A DNA stretch of 64,000 bases from Spirochaetaceae bacterium (GTDB taxonomy: Bacteria; Spirochaetota; Spirochaetia; DSM-27196; SLAA01): assembly GCA_003552985.1 (NCBI GenBank), contig PUPD01000208.1, positions 4,227 to 68,226 on the forward strand. The letters are read 5' to 3'. Below the pieces are notes generated by a model. The model ran no database searches and was not told the DNA's origin. It worked only from the letters and a program-made list of their open reading frames with translations. This document shows, piece after piece, positions 37,451 to 46,598 of the stretch (the first letter of the stretch is position 1; every line of letters begins with the position of its first letter). Position numbers and translations under genes: made by a program.

Positions 37451-38449
37451 ATGGACAAAAGTGCTGACGCACAAGCGACGCGACTGGATTGGGATATCAA
37501 GGAGGCCGGCGCTACCATTAAGAACGCGCGCACCGAGATCGCGCGTCGCGTTGTCGGGCAGGAACAGATGGTCAGCGGGATGCTGATGGGTATTCTCGCG
37601 GGTGGGCATGTGCTGCTCGAGGGCGTTCCCGGACTGGCGAAGACGCTTGCGATTAAATCACTGGCCGAGGTGATCGACGCCGAGTTCACGCGAATCCAGT
37701 TCACTCCGGATCTGCTGCCTGCAGACCTGATCGGAACGCTGATCTACCGGCAGCAAACCGGAGAGTTCGTGCCCCGCAAAGGCCCGATCTTCTCGAATAT
37801 CATCCTTGCTGATGAGATCAACCGCGCCCCAGCCAAGGTGCAGTCGGCGATGTTGCAAGCGATGGAGGAGCGTCAGGTCTCGATCGGTGACACCACCTAT
37901 CATTTGAGCGAACCGTTCTTCGTGATGGCAACACAAAACCCCATCGAACAGGAAGGGACCTATCCACTGCCGGAAGCGCAGCTCGACCGGTTTCTGCTGA
38001 AGCTGGCGATCGACTATCCGTCCCCGGAAGAGGAGCTCGCGATACTGAGACGGGTGGGGGTTCCGACTGAGATCACGCTGAAGCCCGTGTTGTTCAAGTC
38101 TGAGATCAAACGGCTGCGCGAAGTTGCCGCCGCGGTACGCGTGGACGAGCGCATTGAGGAGTACATCGTTTCGCTTGTTACGGCTTCGCGATTGGACAAT
38201 CGCAGCATCAGCTCCTATGCTCGTTATATTGAGTTCGGCGCCTCGCCGCGTGCTACGATTTACTTATACCGTTGCGCGAAGGTAAACGCTTTGCTCGATA
38301 GCCGTGCCTATGTGGTGCCCGAGGACGTGAAGGCGGTCGCTCCGGAGGTGCTGCGCCACCGTGTGATCCTGTCCTACGAGGCCGAGAGCGAGGAGCTGAC
38401 TACCGACGATATCATCGCCAGTATGCTCCAAAGCGTCCCGGTTCCCTGA
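37451..38449 (+). CDS. moxR: MoxR-family AAA+ ATPase
   Basis: Walker A context LLEGVPGLAKT, Walker B ILADEINRAPAKVQSAMLQAMEE, and the MoxR-typical ATQNPIEQEGTYPLPEAQLDRF. I prefer ATG 37451 over the TTG at 37436. Confidence 0.85.
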   Translation: MDKSADAQATRLDWDIKEAGATIKNARTEIARRVVGQEQMVSGMLMGILAGGHVLLEGVPGLAKTLAIKSLAEVIDAEFTRIQFTPDLLPADLIGTLIYRQQTGEFVPRKGPIFSNIILADEINRAPAKVQSAMLQAMEERQVSIGDTTYHLSEPFFVMATQNPIEQEGTYPLPEAQLDRFLLKLAIDYPSPEEELAILRRVGVPTEITLKPVLFKSEIKRLREVAAAVRVDERIEEYIVSLVTASRLDNRSISSYARYIEFGASPRATIYLYRCAKVNALLDSRAYVVPEDVKAVAPEVLRHRVILSYEAESEELTTDDIIASMLQSVPVP

Positions 38450-38450
38450 T

Positions 38451-39329
38451 ATGCCTGTGCCCGACCGTTCCCGCTACTTCTCGAATGCGCGTCGCCTGCA
38501 ACTCATCTCGTCCAAGCTCGTCGAAGACCTGCTCGCAGGCAACTACCGCTCGGTCTTCAAAGGACCGGGCATAGAGTTCGATGAGGTCCGTGAGTACGTC
38601 GATGGGGATGACGCGCGGCTGATCGACTGGAACGTGAGCTCACGACTGGGGGCGGCCTACACCAAGATGTTTCGCGAAGAACGAGAGCTGACGTTGTTTC
38701 TGATTGTGGATCTGTCCGCTTCGCTGCGTCGCGGGGGCAGCGCCGACGGCCGCCCGGAGATCGAGCGGCTGTTGTTTGCGCTGCTCACACTCGCAGCGGT
38801 ACAGAACAACGATCGCGTCGGCGCGCTGTTCTTTACCGACCGCATCGAGAACTGGGTGCCGCCGATGAAGGGTAAGAAACACGCTCTGCGGCTCCTGCAA
38901 GATATGCTTACATTCCGTCCGCAGGGCAGGGGGTCCGATCTGGGAGCGGCGCTGCGCACCGCGATCGAAACCCAGAAGCGGCGAGGAATATGCGTGGTTC
39001 TCTCGGATTTCAAGACTGCGGGCTATCACCGCGAGCTGAGCGGGCTTGCCAAGCGGCATGACGTCATCGCACTGCGCATAACCGACCCAATCGACGACAC
39101 CTATCCGCCGACCGGCTTGTTGCAGCTGGAAGACCCGGAGACCGGTGCAACGATACTAGCCTCCGGTGCGGCCAAGCAGTTCCGCCGTCAGTATCGCGAT
39201 TTCTGGGAGGTCCAGCGCCGGCAGTGGGTGCGCGAGTGCCGTCGCCGCGGTATTGCTACCCTGGAGGTCCGCACCGACGACGATCCTGCGGCGCGGCTGG
39301 TTGAGTTCTTTCGCAGGAGGAAGCGGTGA
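38451..39329 (+). CDS. DUF58-family protein (vWA-like fold, MoxR partner)
   Basis: Block FKGPGIEFDEVREYVDGDDARLIDWNVSSR is the DUF58 signature region. It starts 1 nt after the moxR stop. Confidence 0.8.
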   Translation: MPVPDRSRYFSNARRLQLISSKLVEDLLAGNYRSVFKGPGIEFDEVREYVDGDDARLIDWNVSSRLGAAYTKMFREERELTLFLIVDLSASLRRGGSADGRPEIERLLFALLTLAAVQNNDRVGALFFTDRIENWVPPMKGKKHALRLLQDMLTFRPQGRGSDLGAALRTAIETQKRRGICVVLSDFKTAGYHRELSGLAKRHDVIALRITDPIDDTYPPTGLLQLEDPETGATILASGAAKQFRRQYRDFWEVQRRQWVRECRRRGIATLEVRTDDDPAARLVEFFRRRKR

Positions 39330-40252
39330 GGGCGGTCGTGCTGCTGTCTGCATTGATTGCCGTTGCTTCCGCCGGGGTTTCGGCGCAGGAGGATCTGCGC
39401 GTGATGCAGACCGTGACGCTGCCGCGTACAGTGTACGTCGGCGATCGGGCGGAGTTACGCGTCGGGCTCCGCGTTGCCGAGTCGTTGTCCCTGTCGGAGC
39501 CGGATTCGCTGCCACCTACGTCGCACACTGAGTTCCACGATCTGCGGCTTACCCCGCGGGGCGGCGAGTACGAGCTACGCTTGGTGTTGACTCCGTATCA
39601 GCCCGGAACTCTGACGCTCCCGCCAATAGAGTTGGGCGACGTCGTGGTGCGTGAGTTGAGTTTGCATGTCTCGTCGGTGCTCGAAGGCGGCGAAACGGAA
39701 CCGTCTCCTCCCCATGGGCAGGCGGCTCTGCCGTATACCAGAGTGATGATCGGAGGGCTGGCGGGCCTTCTGCTCGGCGTGCCGATCGTGATCCTCGGAT
39801 TAGCGCGGTGGGGACGCGAGCGCTTAGAACGGCTTATGAGCGGATACCGGCGGCGCAGACCGTACCGCCGGTTTCTCAAGGCGTTGCGTACGCTGGAGAA
39901 TCGCATCGATGAGCTTGACGCGCGAAGCTTCTATATCGAGCTGCTGCAGGAGCTGCGACGCTATTTCTCCCATAAGCTCGATCGCGACCTGATGGCTGCG
40001 ACCTCGAGCGAAGTGGGAAGCTATCTGCGGCACATTGTACCCGACCTTGATGACCGGAAGACAGTCGTGGATCTCTTCCGCACCGGTGACTTGGTGAAGT
40101 TTGCCGCACAGCACTCGCGGCTCGGCGAACGGCGCGGGCATATCGAGGAGCTGCGGCGTATACTCGATCGAGTTGAGCACGCAGCGCGGCGTGAAGCCGA
40201 GAAGGGGAAAGAGAAGTCCGACGAGGAGGAACTGCGTCGTGTGGGTGCTTGA
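39326..40252 (+). CDS. Signal-peptide plus single-TM protein occupying the conserved slot between DUF58 and BatA (possibly DUF4381-like)
   Basis: The GTG start overlaps the preceding stop (GTGA), with an AGGAGG RBS. Signal peptide MRAVVLLSALIAVASAGVSAQE; TM segment VMIGGLAGLLLGVPIVILGLA. Confidence 0.55.
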   Translation: MRAVVLLSALIAVASAGVSAQEDLRVMQTVTLPRTVYVGDRAELRVGLRVAESLSLSEPDSLPPTSHTEFHDLRLTPRGGEYELRLVLTPYQPGTLTLPPIELGDVVVRELSLHVSSVLEGGETEPSPPHGQAALPYTRVMIGGLAGLLLGVPIVILGLARWGRERLERLMSGYRRRRPYRRFLKALRTLENRIDELDARSFYIELLQELRRYFSHKLDRDLMAATSSEVGSYLRHIVPDLDDRKTVVDLFRTGDLVKFAAQHSRLGERRGHIEELRRILDRVEHAARREAEKGKEKSDEEELRRVGA

Positions 40253-41240
40253 ACATCCGGCTGCGCTTTTGCTGCTTCTGCTGATACCACCTGCGGTGTA
40301 CCTTCGTCACTTTTGGCCCGAGCGGGGTGGCCGGGTTCTGTTCCCGTTTGCGGTATACAACGGGAGCGGTTTCCGGCCACGGCTGTGGCACGTCCGGCTG
40401 CTTCATAACCTGGCAGTCGGGGCATTCTGGGTCGGCCTGGTGACGCTTATCGTCGCGTTGGCCGGACCGGCGCAGGTCTCGCGACAGCCGGTGCACCTGA
40501 GCCGCGGAATCGATATTATGATTGTGCTCGACGAATCTCCGACCATGGCTGCACAGGATTTCCAGCCTGAGAACCGCTTCGAGTCCGCGAAAAACGTGAT
40601 CCGGAGCTTCGTGCAGCGGCGCGAGAACGACCCGATCGGACTTGTGACTTTCGCGAAGGAAGCCGCCCTGCGGGTGCCTCCCACCACTGATCACGGGCAT
40701 CTGCTCGACGCGCTCGCTGCGACGCGTATTATGGAGCTCGGTGACGGGACTGCGATTGGGCTCGGCATTGCGGTCGGGGCTCTGCATCTGAACGCGGGAG
40801 AGGCCGGTGAGCGCGTGATGATTCTTCTTACCGATGGAAAGAACAATGCCGGCGAGATCTCACCTGAAGCGGCGGCAGCGATCGCGGCCGACCTTGGCAT
40901 TAGGGTTTACACTATCGGCGTAGGGCGCGAAGGCGAGGCACCGATCGAGTTCGTCGATCCGGAAACCGGTACGCAGTATCGCGGAACCGTTGTTGAAGCG
41001 TTCGATGAAGAGCAGTTACGCAGACTCGCCGAGATGACCGGGGGCTCGTATTTTCATGCATCCAGCTCGGCCGCGCTGGACTCGGTGCTGCAATCAATCG
41101 ATACAATCGAGACCGTAGAGCGACGGACTCGTGTTGAGGTGCAGACCGAGCCGCTCCATCGCCAAGCAGCCGGGTTCGCGGCCTTGCTGCTCCTGGTCGA
41201 GTTTATCATCCGTACGGTCGTGCTGAAGGAGATCCTATGA
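40239..41240 (+). CDS. batA: BatA-like vWA-domain membrane protein
   Basis: GTG 40239 is preceded by gaggagga; the track start at 40101 lies inside the upstream gene. N-terminal TM helices are present. vWA MIDAS context: DIMIVLDESPTM. Confidence 0.75.
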   Translation: MWVLEHPAALLLLLLIPPAVYLRHFWPERGGRVLFPFAVYNGSGFRPRLWHVRLLHNLAVGAFWVGLVTLIVALAGPAQVSRQPVHLSRGIDIMIVLDESPTMAAQDFQPENRFESAKNVIRSFVQRRENDPIGLVTFAKEAALRVPPTTDHGHLLDALAATRIMELGDGTAIGLGIAVGALHLNAGEAGERVMILLTDGKNNAGEISPEAAAAIAADLGIRVYTIGVGREGEAPIEFVDPETGTQYRGTVVEAFDEEQLRRLAEMTGGSYFHASSSAALDSVLQSIDTIETVERRTRVEVQTEPLHRQAAGFAALLLLVEFIIRTVVLKEIL

Positions 41241-42226
41241 CGATCGCGTATCCGGAGGCATTCTGGCTTTTCATCGGCGTTATGGCGGTGGTCGTACTCC
41301 TGCTGTGGAAGTTTCGGCGAGGTCGGCGGGATCTGGCACGGCTCGGTACCGAGGTGTGGTCGCCTGTGAGCGCCAATGTCTATCTGGTCAAGTCTTTCTT
41401 CCGAGGGGTCTGCATGACGCTGTTCTTCAGTTTCGTCGTGCTGGCATTAGCGGGTTTTCATTGGGGACGCAGACCGATTGAAGAAGACCGCAGCGGAATA
41501 GAGATTGTTTTCGCAGTCGATGTGTCACTGAGCATGTTGGCGGAGGACATTGCACCGAACCGCCTGGAACGAGGCAAGGACGTGGTGCGTTCGGTGGTTC
41601 AGGACTTCGCCGGCTCGCGCTTCGCGGTGGTGGCGTTCGGCGGCAAGGCGGTGCCGGTGTTGCCGATGAGCGAAGACAGGTATGCGGTGGAGTCGCTGTT
41701 GACCGTGCTGTCTCCGGAAACCTTGACGGCACCGGGCACCGATATCGAGGAGGCGCTCAAAGTCGCAGCACAGGCTCTTCCTGAGAGCTCGGCGCGCCAT
41801 CAGGCGCTTGTCCTAATCTCAGATGGCGAGTATCATACCGGCAATCCGGATGCCCCGGCGCGCGAGCTTGCCGAACGGGGGATCCCGGTTTTTGCCGTGA
41901 CCACCGGCGGTGAGGAGGGAGCCTCGATCCCGCTGATCGGGGGAGGGGTGGCTAAGACGAACGCCGGTGAAGAGGTGCGCACGCGCGCAAATCGCCGGGT
42001 CATGCAGCGGCTCGCGGAAACTACCGGAGGGCTGCACCTTGGTGCCGACGAGGGTAATGTGCTTGTCCGCCTGCGGGATGGGTTGGAAGAGCACACCGAG
42101 CGTCGCGACCGGGACGGGTTCCGACTTGCGGCGGTGCCTCGCTACCGGCTCTTTCTGGGTTTCGCTCTGCTGTTTCTGGTGCTGGAAAACGCGTTACGGA
42201 TAGTGCGATGGCGAGACTCGTTCTGA
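41237..42226 (+). CDS. batB: BatB-like vWA-domain membrane protein
   Basis: ATGA overlap with batA. vWA MIDAS context EIVFAVDVSLSM...LISDGE. N- and C-terminal TM helices are present. Confidence 0.75.
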   Translation: MTIAYPEAFWLFIGVMAVVVLLLWKFRRGRRDLARLGTEVWSPVSANVYLVKSFFRGVCMTLFFSFVVLALAGFHWGRRPIEEDRSGIEIVFAVDVSLSMLAEDIAPNRLERGKDVVRSVVQDFAGSRFAVVAFGGKAVPVLPMSEDRYAVESLLTVLSPETLTAPGTDIEEALKVAAQALPESSARHQALVLISDGEYHTGNPDAPARELAERGIPVFAVTTGGEEGASIPLIGGGVAKTNAGEEVRTRANRRVMQRLAETTGGLHLGADEGNVLVRLRDGLEEHTERRDRDGFRLAAVPRYRLFLGFALLFLVLENALRIVRWRDSF

Positions 42227-42801
42227 GAATTGCAGCGGTGATCGCGGTTGGTACGCTGACGAGCGCCTGTGGGTTTCAGGTGCCTCAGCTGTCGGTAGTG
42301 CAGGCGAACTATGCCTACGGGCGCGGACAGTATCAGGACGCTGTCGTACGCTATTTCGAGGTCATCGACCATGACGATTACCGGGCGCACGTAGCGTACA
42401 ATCTGGGGAACGTTTATCACGCGCTCGGCGAAAGCGAGGCCGCTCTGGAGCTGTGGGAAGAAGCCGAGCGAGCGGAGCTCGAGGAGCTTGCGTTCGGTAT
42501 TCGTTACAACCGTGGGCTCCTGTACTACGAACAAGGGCGATATCAATCTGCATACGACGAGTTCCGTCGTGCACTGCAGGTAGACAGTACCAGCGTGGCT
42601 GCAAAGCGCAATCTGGAGCTGGCGTTTCAGCGCATTCAGGCGGGTTCGGGAGTCGATCAGGTGGAACGAGCCGAGCGTGACGAGGACCACGAACCGAGTG
42701 CGGAAACGAGCCGGGTACTGGAGTACATCCGCAGGAGGGAGGACGGCAGGTGGTTTGCCACCGAGACCCCCGAGTTGGAAGACGTCGAACTCTACTGGTA
42801 A
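42208..42801 (+). CDS. batC: BatC-like TPR-repeat lipoprotein/secreted protein
   Basis: The N-terminus LVLRIAAVIAVGTLTSACG looks like a lipobox. TPR-like repeats: AYNLGNVYHALGESEAALELWEEA and RYNRGLLYYEQGRYQSAYDEFRRAL. Confidence 0.65.
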   Translation: MARLVLRIAAVIAVGTLTSACGFQVPQLSVVQANYAYGRGQYQDAVVRYFEVIDHDDYRAHVAYNLGNVYHALGESEAALELWEEAERAELEELAFGIRYNRGLLYYEQGRYQSAYDEFRRALQVDSTSVAAKRNLELAFQRIQAGSGVDQVERAERDEDHEPSAETSRVLEYIRRREDGRWFATETPELEDVELYW

Positions 42802-44813
42802 CTCTTGCAACGGCACTGCTGATTGTGTTTTCGCCGTCCGCCGCCGCGGAGGAGAGTGAAGACGGCCGGCTCGGGGTCAGCGGTCCCGACAGTGTCCCGA
42901 GGCCGGGAAGCAGGGTGCGCTTCGAGATTGTGGTGCCGAGTGACGCCGATTCAGACGATATCGAGGTCGCGGAGCTCGATCTCCCGGATATACTGGCACC
43001 GGACGCGGAGACGGTAATCGAGACCGGGCGCTCGATGCCCGGAGAGCCAGGGCGTCGCGCGGTGCGAGTCCGCATAGAGACTCAGGCGGCGCGTCCGGGA
43101 CGAGCGGTGCTGGAATCGTTTCTCATCCGCGCCGGAGATGACGAGTTCACGACCAGGCCGAAGATCGTTGAGGTCGCGATTCCCGGCAGTGACGACAAGA
43201 TCCCGTTTAGCGTTGAGTGGCGTACCGCGCGAGACTATATCTACCGCAACGAGGTCATTCCGGTAACCTTGGTGATCAGGAACGCGGTCGAGTATGCGTT
43301 TCCGGAGTCACTTGAGCTGTCCTCACCGGACAGCGGCGAGCTGATCGAGGTTCAAGTCTCGGAGGATATTGAGCGTCGCGAGATCGACGGACGAACGCTT
43401 TTGACGATACCGGTGGCACGGTACCTGTTCTCTGCCGATACGAGTGGGAGGGTGACGCTGCCTGAGGTGGAGATCACCGCGGGTGAGTTCGAGGAGCTGA
43501 CGCCGCGAAAAGCGCTCGAGGTGCGTGAGCTGCCGGACGAGGCGCGCGAAAGCACTGCGGTTGGGGGCTTTGGTTACGATGCCGAGCTGGACCGCGAGCA
43601 GATCCCCGAGGGCGAGTCGGCAATCGTAACCATTCGGGTGAGCGGAGTAGGTAACCTTCCGTTTCTACAGATCCCGGGGTTGGAGGCGGAAGATCTGGTT
43701 GTGACGCAGCTGGACGAGAACGCGGATATCGAGCCGGCGTCGGGTGGATACAGGGGCTCGGTTGAGCTGACCTATCGCGTGACTCCGCGCTCAACCGGGA
43801 TGCATCTTGTTCGCGTCCCGCCGTTCGTGTGGGTCGACGCCCACAGCGGCGAGCTGCGCCGCAGTACGGCTCCGGCTATGACGCTCGAGGTGACCGAAGC
43901 ACGGACCGGGACAACGGAGCCGGAGCCGGGGGAAGCAGAGCTTACGCCGCTGAGCTTGGACGAAATCAAGCGCATTGAGCCGGCGAACAGATACCGCCGG
44001 CCGGAGACCTACCTGTGGCTGTTACCGGGTATTATCATCGTGCTGGTCGGAATCTCCGGAATAGTGCCGAAGCGGGTGGGTGCTTTTCCGCTGGCGATGG
44101 TGTTACTGATCGCTGCCGGTACTCCGGAGGACTTCCCCGACGACAGAGTTGAGCGGGCGCTCGAAGCGCATCGTGAAGGTCGCTTCGAAGCCGCCGTTGC
44201 CGCCTACGACACGGCGCTTCAAGACCGGCCGGATAGTCCCGGCATCCTCTACAACTCGGCCCTGGCGCTGTATAACGAGGGGGCGGCCCCTCAGGCGCTC
44301 TATCGGTTGCGACAGGCTTTGCGGGCGAACCCTTCGGCGGCCGAACTCAGTACGGCGCTAAGCCGACTGGAGGCGGAGTTGGGACTGGAACAGCAGCCGG
44401 AGCCCTCGCGTCTTCCACATCCTGACGCGTTTGTGATTGTAGCGCTCGTATTGGTGAACCTGCTGTGCCTACTGGCGATCGTCGCCAAGCGACTGCGGGG
44501 GGGAACGGCGGTCATTGTGGCGGTGTTTGGCGTGCTTCTCACGGTCGGCTCAATCGGTCTTGCGGCCTACAGCGCGCGTGCCGCGGCTACGCCGGTGGCG
44601 GTGGTGGGGCCGGAGAGCGGCGTGTTGCGTCGGATTCCCGATGACGGTGCTGATCCATGGTTGCGGTTGGACCCCGGTACGGCGGTACGGGTGCTGGTAC
44701 GACATCAGGACTATCAGTTGGTCCGCACCGGTTACGGCGTGGAAGGCTGGCTAAGCTCGGACGCGATTATCGGCACGATCGGTACGCCGCCCCCGGTTCG
44801 AAGCGGGCGATAG
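42750..44813 (+). CDS. batD: BatD-like protein fused to a TPR plus SH3-type C-terminal module (BatD-BatE-like fusion)
   Basis: GTG start after a ggaggga RBS, then a signal peptide and a large extracytoplasmic region. TM helices: YLWLLPGIIIVLVGISGIV, FVIVALVLVNLLCLLAIVA and AVIVAVFGVLLTVGSIGLAAY. TPR-like block: HREGRFEAAVAAYDTALQDRPDSPGILYNSALALYNEG. SH3-like tail: WLRLDPGTAVRVLVRHQDYQLVRTGYGVEGWLSSDAI. Confidence 0.6.
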   Translation: MVCHRDPRVGRRRTLLVTLATALLIVFSPSAAAEESEDGRLGVSGPDSVPRPGSRVRFEIVVPSDADSDDIEVAELDLPDILAPDAETVIETGRSMPGEPGRRAVRVRIETQAARPGRAVLESFLIRAGDDEFTTRPKIVEVAIPGSDDKIPFSVEWRTARDYIYRNEVIPVTLVIRNAVEYAFPESLELSSPDSGELIEVQVSEDIERREIDGRTLLTIPVARYLFSADTSGRVTLPEVEITAGEFEELTPRKALEVRELPDEARESTAVGGFGYDAELDREQIPEGESAIVTIRVSGVGNLPFLQIPGLEAEDLVVTQLDENADIEPASGGYRGSVELTYRVTPRSTGMHLVRVPPFVWVDAHSGELRRSTAPAMTLEVTEARTGTTEPEPGEAELTPLSLDEIKRIEPANRYRRPETYLWLLPGIIIVLVGISGIVPKRVGAFPLAMVLLIAAGTPEDFPDDRVERALEAHREGRFEAAVAAYDTALQDRPDSPGILYNSALALYNEGAAPQALYRLRQALRANPSAAELSTALSRLEAELGLEQQPEPSRLPHPDAFVIVALVLVNLLCLLAIVAKRLRGGTAVIVAVFGVLLTVGSIGLAAYSARAAATPVAVVGPESGVLRRIPDDGADPWLRLDPGTAVRVLVRHQDYQLVRTGYGVEGWLSSDAIIGTIGTPPPVRSGR

Positions 44814-44871
44814 GGTGCCCGGTGATAGAGGTGCCGGGTCATCGGGAACGGTTGAAGTAAGGAGATACCGG

Positions 44872-45342
44872 TTGGATTTCGAACGGATCCTGCGGCAGTG
44901 GGAGTCGCGCGAGCAACGGCAAAAGCGTTCCGAGGCCGAAGAGCCGAGGCGCCGCGAGTTGGAAAGCTTGATCGACCGCTATCCGCCGCGCCTTGAGGAG
45001 GCTGAGAGCGACTCCGAGGAGAAGCAGCGGCAAGCCCGCGCTCAGCGTGCAGCCGGGCGCCGCTTGCCGGTGGAGGCCGAGCTCGATCTGCACGGTTACA
45101 CGATCGAACAGGCTGCGCGCGCCCTCGAGACCTTTATCGCAGAGTCCTATGCTGCCGGCATGAAGAAGGTGCTCGTTATTCACGGTAAAGGCAAGCACTC
45201 CTCTGACAAAGCGGTGCTGCCGGAGTTTGTTCGCTCGTTTCTGCAGGCGCACGACGCGATCGGCGAGATCGGGACGCCGAAGCGTACCGAAGGAGGAACC
45301 GGAGCGACCTGGGCGATAGTGCGAGGCTACCGTTCGCGGTAG
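44872..45342 (+). CDS. Smr (MutS2-related small nuclease) domain protein
   Basis: Smr block [20 protein letters not shown]...[13 protein letters not shown]. There is no in-frame ATG upstream of the domain. TTG 44872 follows an AAGGAG RBS; the alternative is GTG 44815. Confidence 0.65.
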   Translation: MDFERILRQWESREQRQKRSEAEEPRRRELESLIDRYPPRLEEAESDSEEKQRQARAQRAAGRRLPVEAELDLHGYTIEQAARALETFIAESYAAGMKKVLVIHGKGKHSSDKAVLPEFVRSFLQAHDAIGEIGTPKRTEGGTGATWAIVRGYRSR

Positions 45343-45545
45343 ATGATCCGGCCGCGGGTAAGGTCATACGGAGAAAGCGCCACTTTGACTTTGTCACCAG
45401 GCACGATTCGGATGTAGTGTTTGCGCATCTTGCCCGACAAGTGGGTCAGGATCGTATGCCCGTTCTTGAGCTCCACCCGGAACATCGTGTTCGGTAAGGA
45501 TTCCTTAACAACGCCTTCGACCTCAATGGCCTCTTCTTTCGCCAC
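45327..45545 (-). CDS. infA: Translation initiation factor IF-1
   Basis: 72 aa: [72 protein letters not shown] start after an AGGAGG RBS. Confidence 0.95.
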   Translation of the reverse strand: MAKEEAIEVEGVVKESLPNTMFRVELKNGHTILTHLSGKMRKHYIRIVPGDKVKVALSPYDLTRGRIIYRER

Positions 45546-45640
45546 AGCTCCTCCTGCTCAAAACATAAGACTAACGGCAGGTACACGCAGGTACCATCGT
45601 GAACGTGCTGTCCAAACAGTATATGAAGCCGATTAGGCTG

Positions 45641-46546
45641 TCAACTATCGCTGCTGTAGTCGCTGGTGTCGGAGAGGGGACGATGGCCGGCGCCGAGACG
45701 ATACGCTGCTGCAAACCCGAGCACCGCGCTGCCGGCGCTCGCGACAGCGGACAGCGGTGACGCGATCCCGGGCCATAGTGTGGCGGTAGAGCCGAGCACC
45801 AACCCCAGAATCCCGGCATATGACGGGGCGGGGAAGCGGCGAAGCACAAAGGTGACAAGCTTTGCCATCGCGACGATGCCGGAGGCGGTTCCGGCGAGAA
45901 AGGCGATCAACAGCCCGAGATTGAGCTCGCGGATCGCGGCGACGAAGGTGGAGTACATTCCGAGCAACAGCAGCAGGAATGATCCGGATACGCCCGGTAC
46001 GATCATCGCGATGGCACTGACCAGGCCGGCCCCGAATACCTGTGTCAGCGCTGCGGCAGAGAGCTCCCGGAGCGGCTCACCGACCGGCGGTCTGTCGGCG
46101 GCCGCCATCACGAGCATCAGCGCGAGTGTGATCACGAACGGGGACAACGCAGCCGGGTGCGGGCCGTTGCGGACCGCAGTTCTGAACAGAAACGGCACGC
46201 TGCCGAGGATCAGCCCTACAAAGAAGAACATCGTCTGTTCCGGGTAGTGGTCCAGTAGCGCGCCGATGAGATGAGCGAAGCCGAGCGCCCCAAGGAGCAC
46301 CCCCATAACCACTGGGACGAGGTACGCAAGATTGCGACGCCAACCGCCAAGAATCGTGAAAAAGCCGCTGATGCGACTTAGCAACGGTTCGTAGATCCCG
46401 GTGACGACCGCAATTGTGCCGCCGCTGATACCGGGAATGATGTTCGCGATCCCGATTAACGCTCCGGTAATGAGCCTCCATGCGATGTCTCTATGCTTTT
46501 TCGACCCTGGCACGCCTTGTCGAGCCTCCTCGCTTGTACTTATCAT
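45641..46546 (-). CDS. DUF368-family polytopic membrane protein (family linked to polyprenyl-phosphate recycling)
   Basis: Duplicated signature: IPGISGGTIAVVTGIYE and VPGVSGSFLLLLLGMY. Confidence 0.75.
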   Translation of the reverse strand: MISTSEEARQGVPGSKKHRDIAWRLITGALIGIANIIPGISGGTIAVVTGIYEPLLSRISGFFTILGGWRRNLAYLVPVVMGVLLGALGFAHLIGALLDHYPEQTMFFFVGLILGSVPFLFRTAVRNGPHPAALSPFVITLALMLVMAAADRPPVGEPLRELSAAALTQVFGAGLVSAIAMIVPGVSGSFLLLLLGMYSTFVAAIRELNLGLLIAFLAGTASGIVAMAKLVTFVLRRFPAPSYAGILGLVLGSTATLWPGIASPLSAVASAGSAVLGFAAAYRLGAGHRPLSDTSDYSSDS

Positions 46547-46598
46547 GTTTGTTTAACACAGCGCAATCTCTGAAAGAAGCGGAAAACGAGGAGGAATC

